Both the position numbers and the translations under genes were made by a program. This document shows, in pieces, positions 26,000-38,482 of a DNA stretch of 64,000 bases. The notes beneath the pieces were generated by a model that ran no database searches, was not told the origin of the DNA, and saw only the letters and a program-made list of their open reading frames with translations. How positions within the stretch are numbered: the stretch's first letter is position 1; every line of letters starts with the position of its first letter. The stretch is from the NCBI GenBank assembly GCA_963514005.1, contig OY740788.1, forward strand, positions 88,226,001-88,290,000. Direction: 5' to 3'. The stretch is from Raja brachyura. Its lineage: Eukaryota.

Positions 26000-26640
26000 C
26001 GTCCGACAGCCCACCCGACCCCTCACACCACTCACCGGCCCACCAACTGCCCGCCCGACCCCTCACACCACTCACCGGCCCACCGACTGCCCGACCGACC
26101 CCTCGCACCACTCACCGGCCCACCGACTGCCCGCCCGACCCCTCACACCACTCACCGGCCCACCGACTGCCCGACCGACCCCTCACACCACTCACCGGCC
26201 CACCGACTGCCCGCCCGACCCTTCACACCACTCACCGGCCCACCGACTGCCCGACCGACCCCTTGCACCACTCATCGGCCCACCGACTGCCCGACCGACC
26301 CCTCGCACCACTCACCGGCCCACCAACTGCCCACCCGACCCCTCGCACCACTCACCACTCACCGGCCCACCAACTGCCCACCCGACCCCTCGCACCACTC
26401 ACCACTCACCAGCCCACCGACTGCCCGACCGACCCCTCGCACCACTCACCGGCCCACCAACTGCCCGACCCCTTGCAGAACTCACCGGCCTCACAACTGC
26501 CCGACCCCTCGCACCACTCACCGGCCCACCGACTGCCCAACCGACCCCTCGCAGAACTCACCGGCCCACCGACTGCCCGACCGACCCCTCGCACCACTCA
26601 CCGGCCCACCGACTGCCTGACCGACCCCTCGCAGCATCCA
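26000..26640. repeat. C-rich 40-bp minisatellite (CCCACCGACTGCCCGACCGACCCCTCGCACCACTCACCGG)n
   Basis: About 15 tandem units, followed by (GACCATGACCCA)n at ~26715-26762. Confidence 0.95.
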
Positions 26641-27090
26641 CTAGTGGTCCGACAGCTCAACCGATCCTCCACAGCATCCATCGGCCGACCGACCGATTGA
26701 CTGACCCTGCCCTTGACCATGACCCAGACCATGACCCAGACCATGACCCAGACCATGACCCTAGCTGTACATTGGTTATTTATAATTTTTATTTAACAGT
26801 TCACATCCAAACTTTATATAGATAAGTCAGTTGATAAACAAAATGATCAACAAGGTTAGCGTTACCTTTATCCTTGGAAACCTTGTTATTGTTTTGATGT
26901 AATGAGGAGGCAGCCATGATCCCAGAGTCCTCGCTGCCTAGCGACCATAAAACAAAGTGCGGGATTGGTCAATTTGCGTCCGAACTCAATGTCAAATGTG
27001 CATTGATTGGACAATTACTACTCGGAAAATTGGAAGTTTTTATCATATTTAAACAAAATGTGCAGGTTTTGTTCTTGTCGAGTTTCAGGG

Positions 27091-30000
27091 TAACCATATA
27101 ACATATAACCATATAACAATTACAGCACGGAAACAGGCCATCTCGGCCCTTCAAGTCCGTGCCGAACAACTTTTTTCCCTTAGTCCCACCTGCCTGCACT
27201 CATACCATAACCCTCCGTACCCTTCTCATCCATATGCCTATCCAATTTATTTTTAAATGATACCAACGAACCTGCCGCCACCACTTCCACTGGAAGCTCA
27301 TTCCACACCGCTACCACTCTCCGAGTAAAGAAGTTCCCCCTCATGTTACCCCTAAACCTCTGTCCCTTAATTCTAAAGTCATGTCCTCTTGTTTGAATCT
27401 TCCCTATTCTCAAAGGGAAAAGCTTGTCCACATCAACTCTGTCTATCCCTCTCATCATTTTAAAGACCTCTATCAAGTCCCCCCTTAACCTTCTGCGCTC
27501 CAGAGAATAAAGACCTAACTTATTCAACCTATCTCTGTAACTTAGCTGTTGAAACCCAGGCAACATTCTAGTAAATCTCCTCTGTACCCTCTCTATTTTG
27601 TTGACATCCTTCCTATAATTGGGCGACCAAAATTGTACACCATACTCCAGATTTGGTCTCACCAACGCCTTGTACAATTTTAACATTACATCCCAGCTTC
27701 TATACTCAATGCTCTGATTTATAAAGGCTAGCATACCAAAAGCTTTCTTTACCACCCTATCTATATGAGATTCTACCTTCAAGGAACTATGCACGGTTAT
27801 TCCCAGATCCCTCTGTTCAACTGTATTCTTCAATTCCCTACCGTTTACCATGTACGTCCTATTTTGATTTGTCCTGCCAAGGTGTAGCACCTCACATTTA
27901 TCAGCATTAAACTCCATCTGCCATATTTCAGCCCATTTTTCCAACTGGCCTAAATCACTCTGTAGACTTTGGAAATCCTCTTCATTATCCACAACACCCC
28001 CTATCTTGGTATCATCTGCATACTTACTAATCCAATTTACCACCACTTCATCCAGATCATTGATGTACATGACAAACAACAAAGGACCCAACACAGATCC
28101 CTGAGGCACCCCACTAGTCACCTGCCTCCAACCCGACAAACAGCCGTCCACCATTACCCTCTGGCTTCTCCCATTCAGCCACTGTTGAATCCATCTTGCT
28201 ATTCCTGCATTTATACCCAACAGTTGAACCTTCTTAACCAACCTTCCATGAGGAACCTTGTCAAAGGCCTTACTGAAGTCCATATAGACAACATCCACTG
28301 CTTTACCCTCGTCAATTTCCCTAGTAACCTCTTCAAAAAATTCAAGAAGATTAGTCAAACATGACCTTCCAGGCATAAATCCATATTGACTGTTCCTAAT
28401 TAGACCCTCTTTATCCGGATACTTATATATATTATCTCTAAGTAGCTTTTCCATTAATTTGCCCACCACTGAAGTCAAACTAACCGGTCTATAATTGCTA
28501 GGTTTACTTTTAGAACCCTTTTTAAACAATGGAACAACATGCGCAGTACGCCAATCCTCGGGGACTATTCCAGTTTCTAATGACATTTGAAATATTTCTG
28601 TCATAGCCCCGGCTATTTCTACACTAACTTCCCTCAATGTCCTAGGGAATATCCTGTCAGGACCTGGAGACTTATCCACTTTTATATTTTTCAAAAGTGC
28701 CAGTACTTCTTTTACTTTGAAACTCATAGTATCCATAGCTACTCTACTAGTTTCCCTTACCTCACATAATTCAATATCCTTCTCCTTGGTGAATACCGAA
28801 GAAAAGAAATTGTTCAATATCTCCCCCATCTCTTTTGGCTCTGCAGATAGCTGTCCACTCGATCTCTCCAATGGACCAATTTTATCCCTTGTTATCCTTT
28901 TGCTATTAACATAGCTGTAGAAACCCTTTGGATTTACTTTCACCTTACTTGCCAAAGCAACCTCATATCTTCTTTTAGCTTTTCTAATTTCTTTCTTTAG
29001 ATTCTTTTTACATTCCTTATACTCCTCAAGCACCTCATTTACTTCATGCTGCCTATAATTATTGTAGATCTCCCTCTTTTTCCGAACAAGATGTCCAATT
29101 TCCCTTGAAAACCAGGGCTCTTTCCAATTTTTACTGGTTCCTTTCAACCGAACAGGAACATAAAGATTTTGTACTCTTAAAATTTCCCCTTTAAATGTCC
29201 TCCATTTCTCCCCTACATCTTTCCCATCAAACAAAATGTCCCAGTTCACTCCTTTTAAATCATCTCGCATCTCGTTAAAGTTAGCCTTTCTCCAATCAAA
29301 AATCTCAACCCTAGGCCCAGTTCTGTCCTTCTCCATAATTATATTGAAACTAATGGTATTGTGATCACTGGACCCAAAGTGCTCCCCTACGCATACCTCC
29401 GCCACCTGTCCCGTCTCATTTCCTAACAGGAGGTCCAGCACTGCCCCTCCTCTAGTAGGCACCTCTATGTATTGATGCAAAAAACTATCCTGCACACATT
29501 TTACAAACTCCAAACCATCCAGCCCATTTACAGAATGTGTTTCCCAGTCTATGTGTGGAAAGTTGAAATCTCCCACAATCACTACCTTGTGCTTACTACT
29601 AATATCTGCTATCTCTTTACATATTTGCTCTTCCAATTCTCGTTCCCCATTTGGCGGTCTATAATATACCCCTATAAGTGTTGCTACACCTTTCCCACTT
29701 CTAAGTTCCACCCAAATAGCCTCCCTAGATGAGCCCTCCAATCTATCCTGCCAAAGCACTGCTGTAATATCTTCCCTGACTAGCAATGCAACACCTCCAC
29801 CTCTTGCCCCTCCAATTCTATCACACCTGAAGCAACGAAATCCTGGAATATTTAGTTTCCAATCACAGCCCTCCTGCAACCATGTTTCACTGATCGCCAC
29901 AACATCATACTTCCAGGTGTCTATCCAGACTCTAAGCTCATCCACCTTTCTTACAATGCTCCTAGCATTAAAATATGCACATTTAAGAAACCCCCCATCT

Positions 30001-30440
30001 CTTATTCTCTGTTTATTTCCTTTTTTTTCTTTCTCCTCTTGTGTCCGAGTGCTTCCCTTTTCTGCTTCCTGCCTCCCATTCTGTCTACTAGCTTTTGCTA
30101 TTTGCATCCCTCGCCCCAACCATTCTAGTTTAAAGTCTCCCCAGTGGCCTTCGCAAATTTCCCCGCCAGGATATTGGTCCCCCTCGGGTTCAAGTGCAAC
30201 CCATCCTTTCTGTACAGGTCCCACCTACCCCAAAAGAAGTCCCAATGATCCAGATACTTGAATCCCTGCCCTCTGCACCAGTCTTTCAGCCAAGCATTTA
30301 TCCTCCACCTCGCTCCATTTCTACTCTCACTGTCACGTGGCACAGGCAGTAATCCTGAGATTGTTACCTTTTTGGTCCTTTTCCTCAACTCTCCTCCCAA
30401 GTCCTTAAATCCTCCCTTCAGGACCTCTTCTCTTTTTTTG
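27091..30440 (-). mobile_element. CR1 LINE (second subfamily, (ATATGGTT)n tail) with open ORF2 and the 3' end of the ORF1 esterase
   Basis: 1014-aa ORF 27180-30224 (FNARS, GDFN, SDH, YADD). ORF 30125-30400 with DGLHL. Confidence 0.97.
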
Positions 30441-31579
30441 GTATGATTTATATAATATTTTTACACAATATGTTAAAAATTCAGGTAATTCTGTGAGTTG
30501 GGTCACGAACATGAACAAAAAAGCTCCTCGGCCCACAGCCTATTGGGTATTGTCGCAATGCCTTTATCATGTGTAAATGTACGTGGTGCATCTGTTGTTG
30601 ATGGAGAGTGGGACTTGCACTGCTCGTGAGCAGGTGTGTGAGAACACACTACCAGGTCCAACAACCCACTGAAGGTTCAGCTTCAGCTGTTTAACCTGAG
30701 AGGAGTTCAACGTCTGGATCTCTCCTGCTATTGTCTGCCCAGAACCATCCCCTCTGGCCATGCATATGGCCATCAGCTTCACTATTAGCACAACGACTTC
30801 AACTGCTGTCTGATAATGTTCACTTCAAACTAATTGGAGTGTTTAACCATAGTAAAGGCAGGTCCTTGATCAATATGGTTTCAGAATCCTTTCAAAAATC
30901 TCTCCCCATGCCTTTGATGATAATCATTCTTAGTACTTCAGCTGCTGAAACTGCTGACACCTGTGTGACATGGAGTGTGTGTGGTGTGTGTGTGTGCTTC
31001 TTGCTCCCATTTCCATGGAGTGTGTGTGTGTGTGTGTGCTTCTTGCTCCCATTTCCATGGAGTGTGTGTCCCAGATCAGAGATTGCAGTCGTTTCAGTGT
31101 GTGTGGAGACATTATATTTTTCTTATGAAAGAAGAATCTCCAGCATCTCCCATCATCGCACGGAACATATTCAGTACTTGTTCTCCTGAACAATGAAGGG
31201 AGCTGCCAGGATTCCTGCTACAATCTTTCAGACCCTCTGCTCCAATTTATTTCCTCTCTCCCTTCAGTTGCCCGACCACAGACTGACTGGGAGTGTCAGA
31301 GATGGGGAAACAAAGTCTGTTCTCGGGCTGCTCTACACCCCCTGCCAATGGGGTTTGTGGGAACTGCCCAGCATTCTGTTCCTTTCATCTTCCTGATCCT
31401 CGTCAATTATTTGCAGTGACTGCAATCTTTTGCTTAACTTGACAACAACCTCCACTTCCTCCTGTCCACTTGACACCTGACTTTGTAGTTTTCAATAACA
31501 CGAGTGGCCATGGTGACTGCAGTGAATTCTGAAGCCAGCTTTTTGACCAAAGTAACTGTTCAATTGTGTTGTGTTGCAG

Positions 31580-31621
31580 AAGTCAGGAGATCACCAGGCA
31601 GATCCAAACGCCACCTACATG
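31580..31621 (+). CDS. Exon: cytoplasmic 2, first part of ITAM
   Basis: TTGTGTTGCAG| ... |GTGAGA, phase 0/0, 42 nt. Encodes KSGDHQADPNATYM. Confidence 0.87.
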
Positions 31622-31711
31622 GTGAGAAAAGTCACATTTAGTACGTTGAAGCGTTTCGCTGACCACGAGTTGCTAAGCTGCTGTTTCTAACATTTCTTTG
31701 TTTTCTACTAG

Positions 31712-31753
31712 GATTTGCAAAGACCCACTCAGTCCATCTACGGTCATCTCTGA
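31712..31753 (+). CDS. Exon: cytoplasmic 3, completes ITAM and stop
   Basis: Long pyrimidine tract ending TTTTCTACTAG|, phase 0. Encodes DLQRPTQSIYGHL*. A donor-like G|GTACGT lies 1 nt after the TGA. Confidence 0.87.
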   Translation, partial: DLQRPTQSIYGHL

Positions 31754-32186
31754 GGTACGTTCCAGTAACTGTTGACAATGGCACATCTGCACCATATGAT
31801 ATCTGTCAACTGCTGCAGTAATGGTGAGGATTCAGACAGGAACGACAAGCATGGAGATGGGCCGACAGGAGTTCAGTCTGACTACAAGTTTGGTTCAGAG
31901 AGTAAATTAACACCCGTCACTGAGTTGGATTATCTGGCTATGAACACGCATCCTTGTAATCCTGGTAACACTGAGTATTTAATCTGGATGAAGGGACCAG
32001 AGCAAGTTAATTTCTAATCCATTATCCCACCTTGGTTTCAGATATTGTCTCTGACATTTCCAACAAAAGCTGTTCCATGAATTGTTGGGGATTGGACGAT
32101 AGTGATCAAGATGAAACTCGCATTCCCTGACCACATCCTTCAGTGATCAGTCACTGTGATATCAGAGACAGGGCATCTGTCACTAA

Positions 32187-32745
32187 AGGGCCTGTCCTAC
32201 AAGCATGCAACTCCATGCGATTAGCGCGACCTAACGTGGTCGCTTGAGCCGTCCGGCGTCGCGGGGCCGGTCCCACTTCGATCGCCGGAGCCGTGCGGAG
32301 TTCGTCCCGACATCGCGCGGGGCTCCGAAAAACTGACCATGTTCGAAAATTCCGCGCGGCAGCGGCTTGTCGGCTCGCAGTCGCCTCGACGCATTACACA
32401 CCGCCTCGACATCGTGCCTCCATGAACCAATCTGTAGGTGACTCCGTGACCCTCTATGTGTGTGGCTCCATGGCCCTCTGTGTGTGTGTGCCTCTGTGCC
32501 CCTCTCTGTGTGCCCCTCTCTGTCCTGGCGAACTTACCTTAGACTTCGCTCCAAGTTCACCTCACTATGCGCCGCGTTGTGCCACACACCCGACCTCTGC
32601 GCAGTCCTCGCTGCCGGTTTGGTCGCGCTTGGCGCATGCAGGTGGGAACGGCCCTGTACAGGGGATCACCCGACCTCCGCGTGGCACCCGCTTCTAGTTT
32701 CATCGTGCTAATCGCATAGAGTTGCATGCTTGTAGGACAGGCCCT
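32187..32745. mobile_element. PIF/Harbinger-type MITE with TAA TSD
   Basis: ~42-bp TIR AGGGCCTGTCCTACAAGCATGCAACTCYATGCGATTAGCRCGA. TAA at 32184-32186 and 32746-32748. Confidence 0.9.
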
Positions 32746-32924
32746 TAAGCAAGAACTCAACCTTATTCTTACCTTAATTACCGTCAGGGTGAAGCAGGGT
32801 TCATTTCTTTCAGCAAATTCACAAGACTCAAATTGCCTTCAGTTTGGGAGGAGAAAGTGGGGTCGTACTGAAGTGTTTTTGATTTTAATGGGATCTCTAT
32901 AGAAACTTAGAACACAGAAACATA

Positions 32925-34251
32925 CAGTGCATTCAGAAAGTATTCAGAACCCTTCACTTTTTCCACATTTTGTTACGTGACAGCCTTATTCTAAAATTGA
33001 TTCAATTCATTTCTTTATCATCAATCTACACACAATATCCCAAAATAAAAAAGCAAAACGGGTGTTTAGAAATGTTGACAGTAATTAAAGAGAAATAACT
33101 GAAATATCACATTTACATAAGTATTCAGACCCTTTACTCAGTACTTTGTTGAGGCACCTTTGGCAGCGATTACAGCCTCAAGTCTTCTTGGGTATGATGC
33201 TACAAGCTTGGCACACCTGTATTTGGGTAATTTCTCCCATTCTCCTCTGCAGATCCTCTCAAGCTCTGTCAGGTTGGATGGGGAGCATCAATGCACAGCT
33301 ATTTTCAGGTCCCTCCAGAGATGTTCGATCGGGTTCAAGTCCGGGCTCTGGCTGGGTCACTCAAGGACATTCACAGACTTGTCACAAAGCCACTCCTGCG
33401 TTGTCTTGGCTGTGTGCTTAGTGTCATTGTCCTGTTGGAAGGTGAACCTCCGCCCCAGTTTGAGGTCCAGAACACTTTGGAGCAGGTTTTCATCAAGGAT
33501 ATCTCTGTACTTTGCTCCATTCATCTTTCCATCGATCCTGACTGAGGAGTGGCTTCAGTCTGGCCAATCTACCATATTGTTGGACTGCTGCAGATATAGT
33601 TGTCCTTCTGGAAGGTTCTTCCATCTCCACAGAGGATCTCTGGAGCTGTCAGAGTGACCATCGGGTTCTTGGTCACCTCCCTGACCAAGGCCCTTCCCGC
33701 CCGATTGTTCAGTTTGGCCGGGCAGCCAGTTCTATGAAGAGTCCTGCTGGTTCCAAAGTTAAGAATGACGGAGGCCACTGTGTTCTTCAGGACCTGCAAT
33801 GCTGCAGAATTTGTTTTATAACCTTCCCAGATCTGTGTCTCGACACAATCCTGTCTCGGAGGTCTACGGACAATTTCTTGGTCTTCATGGCTTGGTTTTT
33901 GCTCTGACCTATTGTTAACTGTGTGTCCTTATATAGACAGGTGTGTGCCTTTCCAAATCATGTCCAATCAATTTAATTTACCACTGGTGGACTCCAATCA
34001 AGTTGCAGAAACATCTCAAGGTATTATCAATGGAAACAGGATGAACCTGAGCTCAATTTTGAGTGTCATAGTGAGTCTGAATACTTATGTAAGTGTGATA
34101 TTTCAGTTATTTATTTTTAATTACTTTGCAAAAATTTCTAAACACCTGTATTTGCTTCTTTATTCTGGGATGTTGTGTGTAGATTGATGATAAACAAAAA
34201 GAAAAAAGTGTGGAAAAAGTGAAGGGGTCTGAATATTTACGGAATGCACTA
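32925..34251 (-). mobile_element. Tc1-family (IR/DR type) DNA transposon with a defective transposase
   Basis: TA|CAGTGCATTCAGAAAGTATTCAG ... GAATGCACTA|TA with ~210-bp TIRs and internal direct repeats. Transposase starts MKTKKLSVDLRDRIV at ~33889 on the minus strand, with frameshifts and an internal deletion near 33545. Confidence 0.92.
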
Positions 34252-34429
34252 TAGAAAATTGGAGCCAGCACCGCCATTCAATATGATCATGGTTGGTCAT
34301 CCAAGATCAGTACCCCGTTCCACATTTCTCCCCATGTCCCTTGATTTCGTTAGCCTTAAGAGGGTTAATCTTAAGCCTCCGTCTGTGCTGAGGCCTAATG
34401 GTGGAGCTGGCGGCCTCGGAGCTGTGGCG

Positions 34430-34800
34430 GCGTTCCAGCGTTCCAGCAGCGACCCGGCTTCAGAGCTTAGAGCTGCTGTGCTGTAGCAGCATTCCAGCAT
34501 TGGCGTTCCAGCGGCGGTGGTGACCCGCTTCAGAGCTGCGGTGCTCCAGCGTTCCAGCGGTGCGTTCCAGCGGCGACCCGGCTTCAGAGCTGCGGTACTC
34601 CAGCGTTCCAGCGGTGACCCGGCTTCAGAGCAGCGGTGCTCCAGCGTTCCAGCGGCGACCCGGCTTCAGAGCTGCGGTGCTCCAGCGTTCCAGCGGCGTC
34701 CCGGCTTCAGAGCTGCGGTGCTCCAGCGTTCCAGCGGCGACCCGGCTTCAGAGCTGTGGTGCTCCAGCGTTCCAGTGGCGACCCGGCTTCAGAGCTGTGA
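34430..34800. repeat. 41-bp minisatellite (GTTCCAGCGGCGACCCGGCTTCAGAGCTGCGGTGCTCCAGC)n inside a + strand retroposon (~34360-35110, (CTTTGA)n tail)
   Basis: About 8 tandem units read directly. Confidence 0.85.
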
Positions 34801-36154
34801 CAGGCTTCCAACATTCTGGCGACAGCGGTGGCGGCAGCCCGGCTTCGGAGACTCGGCCGCGGACCTAGTGGACGACAACATCGGAGGCCTGGATCGCCTC
34901 AGCACAGAGGGAGAAGGCGGGAAGAAGACAAAGACTTTAAGACTTTTGCCTTCCATCACAGTGAGGAGGTGCCTCGTGAACTCACTGTGGTGGATGTTAA
35001 ATATGTGTTTATTGTGTGATTTGTTCTTTATTATATGTTATGACTGCAGGCAACAAAATTTTGTTCAGACAGAAAGGACTGAATGACAATAAAGGATACT
35101 TTGACTTTGACGCTCTCTTGAAAACATCCAGTGAATTTGCCTCCACTGCCTTCTGTGGCAGAGAATTCCACAGATTCACAACTCTCTGAGTAAAAATGTT
35201 TTTCCTCATATCAGTCATCTTCTTCCGTATGGCGTGCACAGCCAAAGTTGTAGGACAACTTGTTCTATTTGATTGTGCACGCCGGGTTGATTCCATTCAT
35301 TGAAACAGGGCGGACCACGTGAAGGTTGCAATCTTCCACCCCCTCAGATCAGTCCTAAATGGCCTCCCCCTTATTCTTAAACTGTGACCCCTGGTTCTGG
35401 ACTCCCCCAATGTCGGGAACATTTCTCCTGCATCTAGCCTGTCCAATCCCTTAAAATGTTTTATGTTTCTATAAGATCCACTCCCATCCTTCTAGATTCC
35501 TGTGAATATTAACCCAGACGATCCATTCTTTCATCATATGTCAGTCCCACCATCCCGGGAATGAACCTGACTGTGCTGGGCAGAGAGCAGCAACTTGGTC
35601 CGGTGGGAATCTCGAAGGAGACGTGCATTGGCTGGAACTTTCAGATTTGGAGCGTAGGTGTCTGAGGGCTGGTTGGTCTTATTGTGGTGTTCAGGATGAT
35701 GAGGGACATGGATAATGTGAATGCTCACAGTCATTTCTCCATGGTAGAGGATTGTAAAACTAAAGGGTATATGTTTGAAGTGAGAGGTGAGAACTTTTTG
35801 AGGGACCTTTAGAAGCAACTTTTTCATGCAGACAGTAGTCCATTTCCCAAATGAGTTGGCCTGTTCCCATGCTGTATAGCTATGTGACCATGACTTTAAC
35901 ATCCCATGGGGTTCAACGTTATTCGAGAGCAGAGATACATACCATAGATTGGGCCTGTGTCTAGGCACTCAACGGAACAGTTCTGGCAATATCTGGAACT
36001 GATGAGAACTCGTGCATTGAAGCACAGAAAGTGCTGTCTTATCACAAGGGGTCGGGCAGCATCTCTGGAGAACATGAACAGATGACCATTCAGACATGTA
36101 TTCTTCACCATTTTGCTTTGTGTAACTGGGTTCTGTTTAATTTTCTTTAAACAG

Positions 36155-36600
36155 GCAGCAAACAAGCGTCCCACAGCTGAACTGTCTGGGCATCCTCGTT
36201 TAGGTGAAGGAAGATTGGATGATATCTGCACAGTCCCAGAGGTTCCATTCGCTTTATGTATGACCCAAGAGATGTTTATTGGATGGAACATTTGGGATAT
36301 GTGCATCAAGAAAAATCATCCCTTTCCACATCATTCTCCCATTGATAAAAGTATAGGAACAATAAGTGACATCTACATTGAAGCTGGCTGATTGGATGGC
36401 ATGTATCAGCTAGCTAGTTGCCTCCCAAAGTAAGATAGGAATTTGAAGACAATCAAGTATATGGAGACTTTGCAATGGTTGTATAGACTTCCTCAAGTTA
36501 TAGTTTACTGCTTTAAAATATTGCATTGATTGTTCAAATTGTTCAACTGCTTGAATATAGATGTTGCAGCTTTCTAATAAACATGCAGCTTAAACTGTGA
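36155..36600 (+). other. Candidate non-coding terminal (3' UTR) exon of the ITAM receptor gene
   Basis: Acceptor TTTAATTTTCTTTAAACAG| in non-repetitive sequence and AATAAA at 36576-36581. Would pair with the donor at 31755. Confidence 0.45.
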
Positions 36601-38482
36601 AGCTATTGTTTGAGATAATAGGAGAGGGCTGAGTGAAAATGTTGCATTGTGGTCTCTATTAAATATCGTCCCTCTCACCTTAAGCCAATGTGCTCCCGTT
36701 TTACAATCTGTACCATGTATCTCAGTACCAAGCTCGTGCCGTGAGTAATTACTCAGGGTAGGCACTCAGTCCGCTTAAAAAAAAATGTAAACCGCGCATG
36801 CGCAGATTGTTCTCCCCGTTAAATAAATAAATAAATAAAAACAGTGACATTTCAATTTGCCCAAGGCTTCCTAGTCCAATTGTGGGGATAGTTCCTTTCA
36901 CAGCGTGTGGAGATTCTGTGACGGGGGTAAAGTTGTGGGGAGGGCACGAGTGTTGAGAAGGAGGGTGTCGGGGATACTGCCAGCGCTGGAAAGAACACAG
37001 AGAACATTTACGAGGAAGGTGCCAGGACTAGAGGTTCTGAGCGATATATAGAGGTTGTAGGCTGGACATGTGAGGAACAATGGTGAAAATCGCAAGAAAG
37101 TACTTACCAAAAAGTACTGGAATCTTCACTCCCTCACCGCTGCCGCAGCTCTCCGGGTGCGAAGCCACGGACTGTAGCTGGGGATAGAAGCAGCTCGGGG
37201 AGCGGCCACCGGGATCCCGACAGCTGAACTGGCCGCCACTTCAGCGCCTTCTGCCGGCCCGCTCACCTTTGGCAGTGCTCTCCGTCTGAACACCTGTCAC
37301 CTGCCGTTCGCCGACTTCACTCATGTCAGCGACTTACTGCAAATCCTTAAATTCCTACAGCCGAGTAACCTCAATCGCGCTGTCGGAATTTAAGGACATG
37401 AGTGAGGCCAGCGAGCGGCAGGAGAGAGGTTTTTAGATGGAGAGCTGCCAGAGGTGGGCGGGTGGTTCTGGAGCTAAGGTGGCGGCTGGTTCCGCTGTCC
37501 GGCCCGGCGGCCGCTCGAGCTACTTCTCTCTCTCTCTCTCTCCCCCCCCGGCCTCAGAGCAGTGTCATTGCATGCCCCCTTGCAAGGAACGTCGCAAGTG
37601 GATGCCCCCGGCCCCTCATTCATAACATTTGTGCCCTCCCCGCAACGTTACCCCGGGCCAGACTCCCCAAACGCTGTGAAAGGACCTCTCTCCCCACTCC
37701 GACTCCCACACCCCCCCACACCCCGGCAAATACGGTATTAAAAAAAATAAAATCACAAAATGTACTTACCATACCATTGGGACACGACAAACCATGGTTG
37801 AAAACCCCGCCAATAAACTTGCGCTGCGCATGCACAGTAGACTGATGCGCATGCGCACTATGATGCTGCGCATGCGCAGTGCTCCAAAGGCAGGATTTCT
37901 GCTGCCTTCAGCCCTGATTAAAATTGACGGCTTCAGGCAACGCTGACGGCACGGGGGCTGCACAGAGCTTCCCGTGTCACAAGCGCTGCGGGTGAAAGGC
38001 ACAGGGAATAGTAAGATTGAACGAGAACTTACCAGTTCGAAGGTTGATCTTTATTTTATGAGGAGTCGAAGTGAGGGATTTCGTGAAGAGCCCGCCGGCG
38101 CGCATGCTCGACATACTTCAAAGTAGCGGCGTGGAATCACAGAACCAACAATAGAAATGACTTTGCATAGTATGATTGAATTGACTAAGATTACCAGATG
38201 AAGGTGATTGAGGGTTGGGCGAGGAGGGCACGAAATCCCTCACTTCGACTCCTCATAAAATAAAGATCAACCTTCGAACCGGTAAGTTCTCGTTCAATCT
38301 TACTATTTCATTTCGGAGTCACGTGAGTGACTTCGTGAAGACTTCAAAGCTTCTGTGATTACACGCCCTGGACCACGTCCATGCTGACACACCACTACCA
38401 GGGATGGATGGGAGGAACAAACTTGCTCAATAGTTCATACTGCAAAACAAGAGCATATTTATTAATAACAAATCAAAACCCC

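Larger units (their letters stand above)
25223..30540. mobile_element. Non-autonomous TIR DNA transposon in a receptor intron, carrying a minisatellite and a CR1
   Basis: Perfect 14-bp TIR GGCTGTGGGCCGAG (25223-25236) / CTCGGCCCACAGCC (30527-30540), plus subterminal TTCGTGACCCA / TGGGTCACGAA. No clear TSD. Confidence 0.7.

Noticed and set aside
25813-26700. 295-aa and 260-aa Pro/Thr/His-rich ORFs as a mucin-like exon
   Set aside because: They come from a 40-bp minisatellite (not a multiple of 3) inside a TIR element, and lie downstream of the TM exon.
15760-31753. Assigning CD79A/B, CD3, NCR3 or NITR as gene symbol
   Set aside because: The TM lacks the charged or polar residues of these proteins, and the tandem VJ ectodomain and tail do not match what I recognise. 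Needs a homology search.
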